54,152 nt of DNA from Octopus bimaculoides (taxonomy: Eukaryota). Each line of letters opens with the position of its first letter. The first letter of the stretch is position 1. The stretch is taken from assembly GCF_001194135.2 (NCBI RefSeq), contig NC_068992.1, forward strand, positions 19,622,330-19,676,481, in the 5' to 3' direction. Below are positions 24,548 to 37,809 of this stretch, piece by piece. The notes below the pieces were generated by a model. The model did not search any database. It worked only from the letters and a program-made list of their open reading frames with translations, and had not been told where the DNA came from. The translations under genes and the position numbers were made by a program.

Positions 24548-24930
24548 GTGGAGGCGCAATGGCCCAGTGATTAGGGCAGCGGACTCGCGGTCCTAGGATC
24601 GCAGTTTCGATTCCCAGACCGGGCGTTGTGAGTGTTTATTGAGCGAAAACACCTAAAGCTCCACGAGGTTCCGGCAGGGGATGGTGGTGAACCCTGCTGT
24701 ACTCTTTCACCACAACTTTCTCTCACTCTTACTTCCTGTTTATGTTGTGCCTGTAATTCAAATGGTAAGCCTTGTCACACACTGTGTCACGCTGAATATC
24801 CCCGAGAACTACGTCAAGGGTATACGTGTCTGTGGAGTGCTCAGCCACTTGCACGTTAATTTCACGAGCAGACTGTTCCGTTGATCGGATCAACTGGAAC
24901 CCTCGTCGTCGTAACCGACGGAGTGCCAAC
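24548..24930 (+). mobile_element. tRNA-derived SINE family A, full length, 11-bp TSD
   Basis: Highly similar to 13594-13963. TSD ATAC(A/G)ATATAA at 24537-24547 and 24932-24942. Confidence 0.93.
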
Positions 24931-25099
24931 CATACGATATAAAGGAGCTGCTCAAAGGCTTTGCTAGCTCTTCTGAATCCATGGCAATGTTGTAAATCCA
25001 CCCGTATTACCAGCAAGTATCAGAGGGTCACAAGCGTTTTGCCATTTGCCTGTACGCTTCGACTGATCATACAAGTGGGGTCGGAATTAGTCTTCGCTT

Positions 25100-25420
25100 G
25101 CCTAAGGATCGCACTTGCAGTTTCTTATTAAGCATGAGCAATTTTAGCTGGTTTCAGCAGCCGTGCTTATCTCCTTCAGGACCTCCTTCAGTTGCATGGG
25201 TTCCATAGCAGGTTACAGCGAGCCGATCTTCCTGGAAAGTTGGTACGGATTGGGGAGGCCCCGTACTTGATAATGGCCTCGTCTACTAAGTCCTTATATT
25301 TAGTTTTCATCAGATGGTGATAAATACGGAGCCTTTCCTCTCAAGGCAATGTAAATTCGGCCACGATGAAGTATACTAACATACCAACGCATGCAATATC
25401 CCTTCTCTATGCCAATGATG
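25100..25420 (-). pseudogene. NeSL/R2-like RLE endonuclease fragment
   Basis: YFIVAEFTLP*EERLRIYHHLMKTKYKDLVDEA resembles the RLE motif ELTVPWEE...KxxKYxxL. Confidence 0.6.
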
Positions 25421-25943
25421 TTTATCCAAAGAAAAGGCCGCCGTGACAGTACTGTAAGAGACTTTACCGTTAGAACACTGAGAGTTGGAACTGATAATGT
25501 AAAGCAACCCAGTTCCGCCACACCACCGGCCTGGGTCACTACTTTTTATAGACCCTGAAAGGATGAAAGGCAGATTTGACTTCAGCATATTTTGGAATCA
25601 AATCCCAGAGAAATGGAGCAAATATATTCGTCGCCATTGTTAATTTTGTTTAATTATTTTGCTTAATAATTTGAAATGATTAAATACAATGCATTAAGGT
25701 ACATAATCGACAATCGAGAACGTAAACATACGAACGGCATTCAGAAAACTGCACCACTAAGCAACGTATACATATTAGGTTGAGTATTTGGAAGTAAAAG
25801 GAATAAATAGCAAAGCATAACAACATATTTAGCATATAAGAGAACACTGCACTTTCCCGAAGCAGAGTGATATAAGTTCAGCTTTTCAGTGAAAATAACC
25901 CACAGAAGGACTGCTAATATTGCATTAAAATGTGTAATGAACA

Positions 25944-25979
<36 letters not shown>

Positions 25980-27129
25980 GGGAATTACAACTCTTTCCCA
26001 AGTCAAAACAATAACCCAGCTAGGCAGATGCCACGTACTATGCAAGGCACTTTCAAATCAATGGTACAATTCAAATAGTACACTTTTTGGCACATCTCAC
26101 GCAAAGATATCGAATCGATGTACTACCCAGATAAGCAGATAATGAAAAAAAAAGAACAACAAAAAAGGAGAAAGTGCAATAACTCACAGAAGCAAGCATG
26201 CGAATACGCATCTACTACAAAAGAAAATTCTTGAATCTAGCAACCGTTCAAAAAACAAAAAAAAAACAAAAAAAATTAACGTACCATGCAACAAAATAAC
26301 TATCTGTAATAACGAGGGAGAGAGAAAGCCTCTGAAGAACAATACATAGAAAATAGAACTGATCACAACGAAAACAAACACCTTCGAAGAAAGGAACCAC
26401 CTTCGAAAGCTAAGATAAATAAACGTATTCGGGAAATGATAAACCAAATAGAAGCAGGCTTTGCAATAAATACTTTTCACAGGAGCAAACAGTAGCCATG
26501 ACTGTATTGAGTGAAAACAGCTTCTCCTCAAATAGATTAAGTCGTTCCCCTTCCCAATCTATCTCGCCATTAAATGTTGGAAAGAAAATATTCAGTGCAA
26601 TATCAACAAAAGTAAAATAGAGAAAGGAATGACATCCTATACTCCGGATGTACATTGGGTGGCTCTGATACGACGAAGGTGAATGAAAAAAATAAAAATT
26701 GTAAAGAAGAGAAGCAAAATGAAAACAAATGATCGTAGAAAAGACTTGCTGGATACACTGGATAGGAAAATTTGAACGTGAGCGTTTCTTACAACAAATC
26801 AAATTATCGGGGAAAAAATGTGGAAGTGTTCCATCAAAATTAAATATCAAGATAGAAGATACACTAACAATAAAAATACCGAGTTATGTTTGCAGGGAAT
26901 ATAGAATCACATTATGTAGAATTATAGACATGCAAGTTGTCAGATAAATTCGTTCCTTTTCTTTTTTTTTTTTCGTCCTGGCACCCTTTCATCATATGTC
27001 TGGTAAATTGTATTCAAAGTTCAAAAACGATAAACAGATGTTGTAGAGGAAGATTAAAACTGCACACACAAAAATAAATCATAAAACATTATGGTAGAAT
27101 AATCCTTTGTGTTCTTTCAAATATTATTG

Positions 27130-29420
27130 AAAAGGATTACAATGAATAATGGGGAAGAGCAACGAACTAACGAATTTATCTGACAATTAGTACAATAATA
27201 GCGAAAACATGACCCAGCATAATGAAGTCGGAGTGGGGGAAGGCACCGAGAAGATTCATAGAAGATTTGCAGTGGAAATGCTAATCTACTGTACAAAAAT
27301 TTCGCAGAACGATTCAGTAGAAACCTAAAAATATGTGAATCAACGCTGAATATGTTTTTATAAATACAAAAAAAAAAAAAAATAACTTCCAAACGTTACA
27401 GATTGATCATATTTTTGCCAATAATATACAAATCCCTAACAACTATAACTTTTCTAGCAAGCTGGAATGTTGTCTAGAAAATAGTAATAAATGGGGTTTT
27501 GCAAGAGATCTATATTTGTAAATAACTGTTATTGGTAAATCAGGCCGTTACTGAAGTCAGTAGCACCTATATTCTTAAGTGAGGAGATGATAAAATGCAT
27601 GGTATTGATCTATTACCAAATATTCTACGACCGCAAAGTAAGCTCTTTGATAGTAGCGACATGCGTATCGAATGCAACCGAATATCAAGGCAAATGCAAT
27701 TTAAAAGGAAAAACAAATAATCAGACTGTAAAATACAGAAAATAGAAAAAGACAACTTCGGTACAATAAATAATTATGTCATAAAATAAGATTTACATTT
27801 ACATAGACAACTAAACAACCAGTAAAAAAAAAAAACTAATAAAAAGAAAAGCTGCACATTCATCCAGTAAAGCTAATTATAAATAGCCATATAAAAGTAG
27901 AAATGTCAACAAAAGTGAGCCAAATAAAAAGACAAATTTATACAAAACACCTCAAGTAATATACCTTTTTAGACTCTGACATCACGACATTAAAACTAGA
28001 ATAACTCCATAAATATTTAATTTGAGGTAGAAACATATAGGATAGTAAAATATAGAGTAGTTGATTATGAAACCATAAGACTGAGATTGATATTGAATAT
28101 TAAAAAAGGCGGCGAGCTGGCGGAATGGTTGGCACGCCGGATAAAATGCTTAATGTCATTTCGTCCGTCTTTACGTTAATCAGCGTCTACTTTACTGTTT
28201 GTCTTTTCGGGGTCGATAAGTTGAGCACTGGGGTCTATAGAAATCGATTTGCAGCTTCCTCGCAATTGTTGACTTTGTGCTAAAATTTGAAGTCAGTATC
28301 AAATATTGAAAAAGGAGGCATACTAGCAGAATCGTTAGCACGCTGGGCAAAATGCTTAACATTTCGTCCGTCTTTACGTCCATCGAAGTCTACTTTTCTC
28401 TCCGTCCTCTTGGGGTTGATGGGTGCCAGTTAAGCACTGGGGTCCATAAAATTGAGCCGCTGTTTCCTCGCAATTGCTAGCCTTGTGACAAAATTTGAAG
28501 CCAATATTAAATATACAAAATGGCGGCATGCTGGTGGAATTGTTACGTTCGTATTTACGTCCATCAAGTTCTACTTTGCTCTTCATACTTTCGGGGTCGA
28601 TAAGTATCAACTGAACATTAGGGTCCATAAAATCGAGTTGCGGCTTCTTCGCAATTGCTGGCCTTGTGCCCAAATTTGAAACTAATATTAAATATAAAAG
28701 CTAGCAGCGAGCTGGCAGAATCCTTATCGCGGCGGAAAAATCGCTCAACGGCATTTCTTCCGACTTGACATTCTGAATTCAAACACTACCGTGGTCGACT
28801 TTACCTTTCATCCTTTCGAGGTCGGTAAAATAAATACCAGTTGAGCACTGGGATCGATGTAAGAGACTTGTACACTCTTCCACAATTGCTGGCCTTGAGT
28901 CAAAATTTGAAATCAATTTCAAATATAAAAATCAATAAATTATTCGCCACTTTTTCAAGGACATCAGATATAAGAGAAAAGACAACCCTACAAAGTGATT
29001 TGTGTATTATAATATCCAGCTTGATATTCATAGAAGAAAAAACCTACCTTGTTAATATAATCTAAGAGACCTGATACAAATATATAACTATTTCACAGTA
29101 ATCACAGAAAAATAAAGAAAATTATATGAAGTGATAGAATGTAAAATGATTTGGATAATAGATATGAAAAAATAAATTAATTTTGACAAGGAACAGGAAA
29201 AGCTATAAAAATGATTTGCTAGAAAGAAATAATGATAAAATTAGAGATATTGTTTACAATATTCAAAATTCAAAGAGGATCTTCAAACATTGCGAAAGAA
29301 AAAGAGCCAAAATCGTGTAAGTAATGAGTTTCGAACAAGGTTGAATGGAAAGCAAGTGAGCTAATGTGAGGGGAAATGATGTTTCTGGGAGAAAACCTTT
29401 AGCTGAAAAAAGATCGATAC
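27130..29420 (+). pseudogene. Fragmented L1/Tx1-like LINE interrupted by SINEs (tentative)
   Basis: The plus strand is A-rich. QIDHIFAN at ~27400 resembles the APE endonuclease IDHIF motif, and DKIRDIV..SKRIFKHCERKR at ~29235-29310 resembles the linker. Confidence 0.3.
28107..28930 (+). repeat. Head-to-tail array of four SINE-C-derived units (~180-230 bp)
   Basis: Units start at ~28107, 28313, 28521 and 28701. Each ends (C/T)TTG(T/A)GNN(A/C)AAATTTGAA followed by an AAATAT-containing AT-rich spacer. Confidence 0.85.
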
Positions 29421-29679
29421 TCAACCACGAGAACTATATAAAGTAATAATAATAGCCATGTATATTTCTGAGTTTCTTAGGAGAGAGAGGTCGTGACTAC
29501 GGCACAAAATGGTAGCACAGCGCCTATTCCGTCTGGCTGGCCATATTTCAGTGTTTTGCCGATCAATAGCACTGAAAATCAACCATAGTTTTTGTATCAC
29601 TTGAAGGGACTGACCGAAGTTCACTTGGCAGTGGACATGTCATATTGTCTTGAAGGCAGTCAATATTATGCGGAATAAA

Positions 29680-29900
29680 GGCGGCGAGCTTACAGAATTG
29701 TTAGCATACTGTGCAAAATGCTTAACAGCATTTCGTCTGTCCTTACATTCTGAGTTCAAATTACACCGAGGTCGACCTTACCTTTTATTCTTTCGGAGTC
29801 AGTAAAATAAGTATCAATTGAACACTGGGATCGATGTAACGACTTATACTCTCCACTGAGCCTTCTGACCTTATGCCAAAATTTCAAGCCAATATTAGAT
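29680..29900 (+). mobile_element. SINE family C
   Basis: Reads GGCGGCGAGCTTACAGAATTGTTAGC...GAGTTCAAATTACACCGAGGTCGAC..., matching the family C unit. Confidence 0.85.
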
Positions 29901-29989
29901 GGAATGGATGTTTAAGCGTTTAGGTTAAATGAAGTCGGTGGAAGAAGCTTGGCGCCCAATGCACTGAGGAGCGCTGAAGTTTCTAAAGC

Positions 29990-30420
29990 TGGGTATTAGA
30001 AAAGAAACGCGAGATCTTCCCGTAGGAAGAAACAAGATCGGCCGAGTCATTTAAATTTTTCACAATGACCATCACTTTCAGAATGACCATCGAACACTAG
30101 AAAAGTACTTGAATAATTTTGTTTAATTGAGGCAGCAGAATGGTAGCGTAGGTATTTTTGGTTGCAATAAAATGCAACGATTCCCGATTAAACAAATGTA
30201 CTGAAAAACTGGAGTGAAAATGATTGCAATAAATTGACCGTAGCGATTAAAGAAATGTTTAATTCTAGGTGCATTGCCAAAACATATATAAAAGATTTTG
30301 GTGGGAATCAACAATTAAATTCATGTCTAGACATATAAAAGCACTTAGATTTGACATCATGAAATAGAGGTAGAAACAAATAAAAGAAATTCCCTTCGAC
30401 TCTAGAAAACAATTCTGTCA
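29990..30420 (+). pseudogene. L1/Tx1-like endonuclease end and linker fossil
   Basis: Ordered motifs FQNDHRTL (~SDHRxV), RRYFWLQ*NATI (~GYWKLNxSI) and FWWESTIK (~WWExxK). Confidence 0.4.
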
Positions 30421-31099
30421 CGCTACGATATAGAAAGAGTTAAACGCGTATTGATTAAGCATATTTGGAGAAGACCAAGCAAATTAAATATGCTCGCTGA
30501 TATATATGTCATGAGCTTACAATAGAATTATATCAAACGAAGAAACGTTGACAAATGTTGGTGCTCCAGCATAGCCACAGCCTCGAACACGTAAACGAGA
30601 TAAAGAAAATAACATAACCAAAACAGAAATAGAAGATATGCTCCGTTCAAATCACAAGCAACCATTTTGCTAAAGAAAGAAATCATTGCATGAATACAAA
30701 AACAGAAAAAGACAAAAAAAAAGCCAACATGATTGTCACGGCTGGAATATTTTCTAGCATAGGAATGTACGCTCGATGAGACTTGTTTTACAACGATGAT
30801 GATGAAAATATATGAATGGTAAGAAAATAGGGTTTGTACCAATGTGAAGCACGGCTTGACAAGAACAATAAGACGTGTCACAACATATTCTAAATTCGTA
30901 TATTTTCCTAAATTTGCTAACTTTAACCTATTTTCCATTCCTTTCTCTCAGGTTTCTTTTATTTTTATTTCTCACTCCTCTTTATTTATTTATTTATTAT
31001 TATTTTTTTTTTTTTTGCTCAAAGTCTTCTATTTTGGTTTCTTTCTTTCACATTTCTTTTTTTATTATTTCCACATGGTTGTGTGATTTTTACCATTTC

Positions 31100-31690
31100 T
31101 GTGTTGCTGTATGCTTAAGAAATTTGCTTTGCAACCGCTTGGTTTCCAGTTCAGTATCACTAAATGACATCTTGAGCAAGCGTCTTCCTGTTTTTCCATA
31201 GGCCGGCCAATGCCTTGTAAGTGAATTTGGCCGGCGGAAACTATATGGAAGCCAGTCGTATATATATATATATNNNNNNNNNNNNNNNNNNNNNNNNNNN
31301 NNNNNNNNNNNNNNNNNNNNNNNNNNNNNNNNNNNNNNNNNNNNNNNNNNNNNNNNNNNNNNNNNNNNNNNNNNNNNNNNNNNNNNNNNNNNNNNNNNNN
31401 NNNNNNNNNNNNNNNNNNNNNNNNNNNNNNNNNNNNNNNNNNNTGTGTGTGTGTGTGTGTTTGTGGTTGGGTGCGTCTGTGTGTGTGTTTACGTGTGTAT
31501 GTGTGTGTGTCCATCCCCACCACGAGATGACCGGTGTTGGTCTGTTTACGTTCTTCGTAGCCTAGCAGTTCGACAAAAGAATATCGATAGAATAAGTACT
31601 GGGTTGATTCGTTCAGCTATAAATCCTTCAAGGCGATGCCTCAGCTTGGCCGCATTCTAATCACCGAAGCACGTAAAAGATAAAAGAATT
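31100..31690 (+). mobile_element. SINE family B spanning an N-gap
   Basis: The head lies before the gap and the 3' half after it, ending TAAAAGATAAAAGAAT. Confidence 0.75.
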
Positions 31691-31909
31691 GAAGCTACTT
31701 TTCATTGTCTATCCGTCTCGCTTCCACTCAAAAATGGAAAACATAAAAGAATAGAGTGAAATAGAAAGACAATAGAAGAGTCGAGAAGAATAAAAGAAAG
31801 CTCTCAGAGCGACAACAGTGCATCTTCCTTTAAAAGCTTAATATCCACCCTTTGCGCATTTCTATATGTACTGAGTCGATAAAATAAATAATAATTATTA
31901 TTATTTCTA

Positions 31910-33465
31910 CTCTAGACACAAAGACTTGAAAATTTTTTGGGAAAATGGGCTAGTCGATTATATCGACTCCAGTGCGTAACTAGTACTTATTTCACCGACC
32001 CCGAAAGAATGAAAGGAAAAGTCGACCTCTACGGAATTTGAACTCAGAACGTAGCGGCAGAAGAAATGCCGCTAAGCATTTCGCCCGCCGTGCTAATGAT
32101 TCTGCCAGCTCACTGCCTTTATAAATAATAATTGTAATGATATTGCTGGGTATGGTCCATTCAACTCAACACCTCCACCTCAAATTCATATCTTTGCTAC
32201 TGAAAATCTTTTGGGAATGGGGCTAGATAATTATTTCGACCCTAGTATTCAAGTGGTTCTTAATTTATCGACCCCGAAAGGATGAAAGGCAAAGTCGACC
32301 TCGGCCGAATTTGAACTCAGAACGTAACGGCAGACGAAATACCGCTAAGCATTTTGCCCGGCGTGCTAACGATTCTACCAGCTCGCCACCTTACACACAC
32401 ACACACACACAAACACACATTCATGCATGCATGCATGCATGCATNNNNNNNNNNNNNNNNNNNNNNNNNNNNNNNNNNNNNNNNNNNNNNNNNNNNNNNN
32501 NNNNNNNNACCCCAGTGCGTAACTGGTTCTTAATTTATCGACCCCGAAAGGATGAAAGGCAAAGTCGACCTCGGCCGAATTTGAACTCAGAACGTAACGG
32601 CAGACGAAATACCGCTAAGCATTTTGCCCGGCGTGCTAACGATTCTACCAGCTCGCCACCTTACACACACACACACACACAAACACACATTCATGCATGC
32701 ATGCATGCATGCATGGATGGATGGATCGATGGATGGATGGATCGATGGATTTTGTAGATTTTATTGATTCGAAGAAGCACTTCACTCATTCTGTTGTCAT
32801 TGAGAGTCTCCTGCAACGCACGATCGTTCTGGTGACAAAAATTAATAAGACAGCAGAGGATAGGCTATTATATCAGACGTCGAATTGTTGAGTGCAGTAA
32901 TGTTGCTAGCTGCATCATAGAGTAACGGAAGCAATTTTAGGAGACGCCTCGTTGTTTTTTCCTGTTTCTAAGAAATGTGATTTCTACAACAGTGAGGTCA
33001 AATTAGTTACAATCGTGGGATTGTGAAAATATTGATTTCAAATTTCAGCACAAGGCCTTCAATTTCGTAAAGAGGGAACATCGATTACATTAAGCCAAGT
33101 GTTCAACTGGTACTTGTTTTATCGACCCCAGGAGGATGAGAATCAAATTCAACTTCCGGGGTATTTGAAATTCGTAATGTAAATACGGTTGAGATGCCGA
33201 TAACCATTTTGTCCGGAATGCAAAAGATTAAGCTAGCACTTTGCATTAGGGTTGTGATAATATCGGTTTGAAATCTTTGCACGAAGCCAGCAAGTTCAGA
33301 GGTGTGGGTAAGTCGGTTACCATGCTCTCAGTGCACAACTGGTACTTATTTTATCGGCCACGAAAGGATGATAGCCAAAATCGATTTCGGTGGAATTTGA
33401 ACTCACAACTTAGAGGTATACAAAATGCCGGCATGCTAATGATTCTGCCAGCTCACTGCCTTAGT
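31910..33465 (-). mobile_element. Cluster of five reverse-oriented SINE-C copies
   Basis: Copies at ~31910-32120, 32200-32392, 32508-32662, 33035-33240 and 33280-33465. The third duplicates the second across a gap. Confidence 0.85.
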
Positions 33466-33784
33466 GATGTGATCATATTAGTAGAAGGAAACGTATACGT
33501 GTACTTTAGGACCGCCAGCTGAATAAACAAGAAAGGTAATGTCAAAAACTTAAATGAAGAAATTTCAAATAATTATGATATCACGCGGATTAATGAAGAA
33601 AATGTCCATTATCTGAATAATTAATTCGTGTGACGAAAAGAAGAATTAAAAATGAAACAAATTCCGGAGAGAATCTGATTTTTAGTCAAATGACAATTAG
33701 AGGATATTCTTCCTGAAGCTGGATATGTGTATCTGAATGTAGCATATATATATACATAATATAAATAATATGTATCATAAAGGT

Positions 33785-33860
33785 TACAACTTGGACTCGA
33801 ACTCAGGGTTAGTAGACCGCGCTCTGAACCACTGCGCCATATGCCCGTGGGCAATTATGG
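33785..33860 (-). mobile_element. tRNA-like SINE head (family E)
   Basis: Minus strand GCATATGGCGCAGTGGTTCAGAGCGCGGTCTACTAACCC..GAGTTCGAGTCC matches the head at 43275. Confidence 0.75.
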
Positions 33861-34243
33861 AGTGAATTTTAGGGCTTATAAATCTAATATTTTTCTATTC
33901 TTCCTTAATACCGGTTCCCATTTGCTGCTCGTATCTGCACTCGGTCTGCTTAGGAGGTTGTTAATAATGTAAAAAAAAATTAGTTTACATTTACCTTACT
34001 CTCTCTCTTTTTACGATTTATTTATATATTTGCATTAAAAAAATTCTTCAACAATAATGTGAATAAAATGTTGTTAATTTTAAGATGATTGAAAAAGTAA
34101 CAAAGTAAAGAAGAAAAATTGAACAATGAAACAAGCAGCCTGTCTGCTCTTAAATGTAATTTACAATAAACTGATTGATCGATTGATTGTATAATAGATT
34201 GATTAGTTAAAATTACAATTTATAAACATCGATTTTATTTCAG

Positions 34244-34303
34244 ATATGCCATTCTTGAACAGATTATAGCTGGCACGGCCGTAATAAAGCACACACACTC
34301 AAA
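34244..34303 (+). CDS. Candidate isolated 60-nt internal exon (phase 2-2), YAILEQIIAGTAVIKHTHS; product unknown
   Basis: Acceptor GATTTTATTTCAG, donor GTATGT, length divisible by 3, only one open frame, in non-repetitive sequence. I recognise no homology. Confidence 0.3.
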
Positions 34304-34369
34304 GTATGTATATGTATGTGTATATAGGAGTTTCTTTTTTTTTTTTGTATGTTTTACTTATCTTTAAGC

Positions 34370-35115
34370 CTGATATTTATTTATTTTATCGTGTTCTTTT
34401 CCCGAACCGCTACATTACTAAGACGTAAAGAAAATAACACCGTTTACTCAGCGGTGGTGAGGGACAAATAAACATACACACACGCACATTCATATATATG
34501 TATGTATATATACACAGTTTCCATATACCAAATCTAATCTCAAAGCTATGGTCAGCCCAGGGCTGTAATACACAATACCAGCACACAGTGCCATGAAGTG
34601 GGTCAGAACCCAGAAACATGTAATTGGAAAGCAAGCCTCTTACCACACAGCCATAACTTTGGCATCGTTTACGGTTAAAGTTATCGTACGATTCTCTTTA
34701 TAGTGAACATACTCATTACTGAGTATACTCTTACTCCTTTACTGGTTTCAGTCATTTGACTGCGGTCATGCTGGAGCACCGCCTTTAGTCGAGCAAGGAA
34801 TTATTCTTTGTTAGCCTAGTACTTATTCTATCTATCTTTTTTGCCGAACCACTAGGTTACGGGGGCATAAACACACTAGCATCGGTTGTCAAGTGCTGTT
34901 GGGAGGACAAACACAGACACACAAACATATACACACACACAAACATATATAGACATATATACGGCGGGCTTCTTTCAGTTTCCGCTTACTAAATCCACTC
35001 ACAAGGCTTTAGTTGCCCCGAGGCTATAGTAGAAGACACTCGTCCAAGGTGCCACGCAGTGGGAATGAACAAGAAACCATGTGGTTGGTAAGCAAGCTAC
35101 TTACCACATAGCCAC
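34370..35115 (-). mobile_element. Two reverse-oriented SINE family B copies
   Basis: ~34370-34655 and ~34733-35115 are reverse complements of the 380-783 unit. Confidence 0.85.
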
Positions 35116-35539
35116 ACGAATTTGTATTGCAAGGTTCCTGAGGTGAAATCTTATGTTGATATAGTTCTTTCTTGTACCAAGTTTCGGGTCCAAGGACAGC
35201 AGCAGCAACGTGGGAGTGGTTGGGGCTGGAGAGGAAGGTCGTAGAGCTATTAAGTACAATGACACACACTCACACATACATACACACATGTACATACACA
35301 CACACGGACACAAATGTATGCGCATGAAAGGATCCACGTCATAGAAGAACATAATGAAATAAGTTGAACAAAAGAACGCACAAAGACTGAAAGTAACGCT
35401 GAAAAGGTCACAGATGCGTGACGAAAGATTTCGGAACAATGAACATGAGTTCAAATAAAATAAGCAATAAGCGACAGAAGAACGAATATATAGTGCGTGT
35501 GTTTATTTGGCAAAAGAACGACCATCCTGAAATACAACA

Positions 35540-35628
<89 letters not shown>

Positions 35629-36063
35629 CATGCACATGCTCGGAAACATTTTAAACATCTATATGCTGAGGAGATTTCAGATGTTCGACATCAAGTTAAA
35701 ATAACGTATTCATCGGCATGGAACACACATATTGCTACAGTACATATAATTCTTTTCACGCGGGACATGATAATTTTTTCCTTCACTTTTTTCTTTGCCG
35801 TTCGGCTGATGACACATACGTAGTCGGCGTGATGTGAACACTATCTATCATGCAGAAATATGATTTTTGTCCCCCGAGAATGGTATATAAATTTTACTTC
35901 AACTTATATGACAGAGCTGGTTTTCGGTTCATTTCATTTACAGCTATAAATACGCACGCACGCGCGCACATACACAGGGTGAATGTGAGTTTGTGTATGT
36001 GTGTGTGTGCAAGTAAGCGTGTGCACTTGTACGATTTTCGTTATGGATATAAATTAAATTCTG

Positions 36064-36126
<63 letters not shown>

Positions 36127-36679
36127 CATGTGTATATATAATGTGTGTATAGATGTTTTTGTATGCATACATATATTTATACGTACATATATATATATGT
36201 ATATATATGTGTATATATATGTTTGTATGTATGTATACACATATTTATATATATATATATATATAAACGCACACACACACACACACACATGTGTGACTTT
36301 TCTTTCCCCCAACATTAAGCAAGTTTTAAATATTGTGTACGTTGCTGGTGCACCGTAATTGTGACCTACAGAGAAAGATAACGTAGACCATACAGTATGA
36401 GTATAATGACAGTTTAATGATATATAATAGCAGTTTATTGAATAAAGACATTATCACAGCACTCTTTGCTGGTGTTCCGAATATAAACCTGGCTTGAAAG
36501 ATGTTTTTATTGGCAATTAAAACCTTAGATAAGATACTGTAATTTTAAAACCTAAATTCATAAATATTTTATAAGTTTTATCTCTAAGGTTAATTATGCT
36601 TAAAATCTGCAATTTACTGATAACAAAAACATGTATGATTAAATTTTAAAATCATTCACAACCTTTCTGCAAATTCTGT

Positions 36680-37100
36680 TCATGATCTGCCGTTAAAATG
36701 TCGGCAAACTGATCTGAATCTCTAGTATCTTACACGACTTTCCACCCTTTCTCTCGTCATTTGCTTTATCATATCAAATAATCTTCTTCCGCTTTCATTG
36801 CACTGGGGTCTTTGTTAATGATTTTTAAGTGTGTTACGGCAGTTCAACATGAACATCATCCCCCAAAAAATTCACCACACAATTGCGCATTGCATTCGGT
36901 TGTGGGAGATATAAATCTTCTCACACCGTGAATGACTTTAAGGCTTACATCCAGGATGTAGGGCAGATATAGGCAACATTTTTTTTGTTTTTCATGAAGT
37001 GAGCCTTAAGAGACATGGTTTATCATCAGACAGGGCGCCGGAAATGTCAATACGTCGAATAACCTCCAAGAAGCGCCGAGCGATCTGATTGCACTTTTAA
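36680..37100 (-). pseudogene. Possible Ty1/Copia RT-RNase H relic
   Basis: Ordered motifs SAIRSL, RIDIS, SPTTE, KTPVQ*KRKKII*Y and DQFADILT (36691-36714). Spacing is partly shortened. Confidence 0.3.
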
Positions 37101-37809
37101 CAGTGATCCATCGTTTCTCCTTCGACACTTCACTGCTAATTGATTTATTACCAGCTCATATATTCCCCGTTCTCTATCGCTACTTCGTTACTAAATCTAA
37201 GAGATGCTTCTTTGTTCTTCTCTTTAGCAAGAGCCACCACCTCTTAATGATGGTGGCCCGTCAATTTCTACTTAACTATTTCGCTAATCGTAACTGACAA
37301 TTCTTCGAACCGAGGCATATAGATTCAATGGCCCGTCACCGGATCACTGCTTCCTCGTCATGCTTCCATTGAGCGTATAGATTACAAAATTGTATTCTGT
37401 GCAGATAACTACCTGAAAATACATCATGTACGCTAATCTATTGGCTAAACTGATAAAAACTATATCTAAAACTGATGTAGATGATTCGCTGTAGTGTGCT
37501 CACATTGGTGTAGTGTATAAATTTATTAGCTTCAAGAGTTGTAACTGTCTAAGCCGGTTTCTAAGTCTTTCATTTCCCACTTTTCTATCAGTTCCTTCAA
37601 TACAATCCCAGCGTTCGGAGGTGTCCTATTTTATCCCAAAGCCGAAACTAAATACTACTAAGCAAAATATTCGACATTCAAAGGGTTAAGCCAAAATAAT
37701 TTTAATATAAGGGCAGCAACATTTCGTCGAAGAGGCAAGTCAATTGCAGTGATCTCGGTATTTGACCAGCATGACAAATGCATAGATTTTATTTCATTTG
37801 TCATAGATC

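Noticed and set aside
28107-28930. CRISPR-like array
   Set aside because: The units are ~200-bp diverged SINE copies with no unique spacers, there are no cas genes, and the context is eukaryotic.
29190-29322. Plus-strand exon ending at GTAAGT
   Set aside because: The acceptor is poor (AAG), and the translation resembles the L1/Tx1 linker in an A-rich LINE-like context.
35800-35835. CTGATGA as a hammerhead core
   Set aside because: There is no stem II followed by GAAA.
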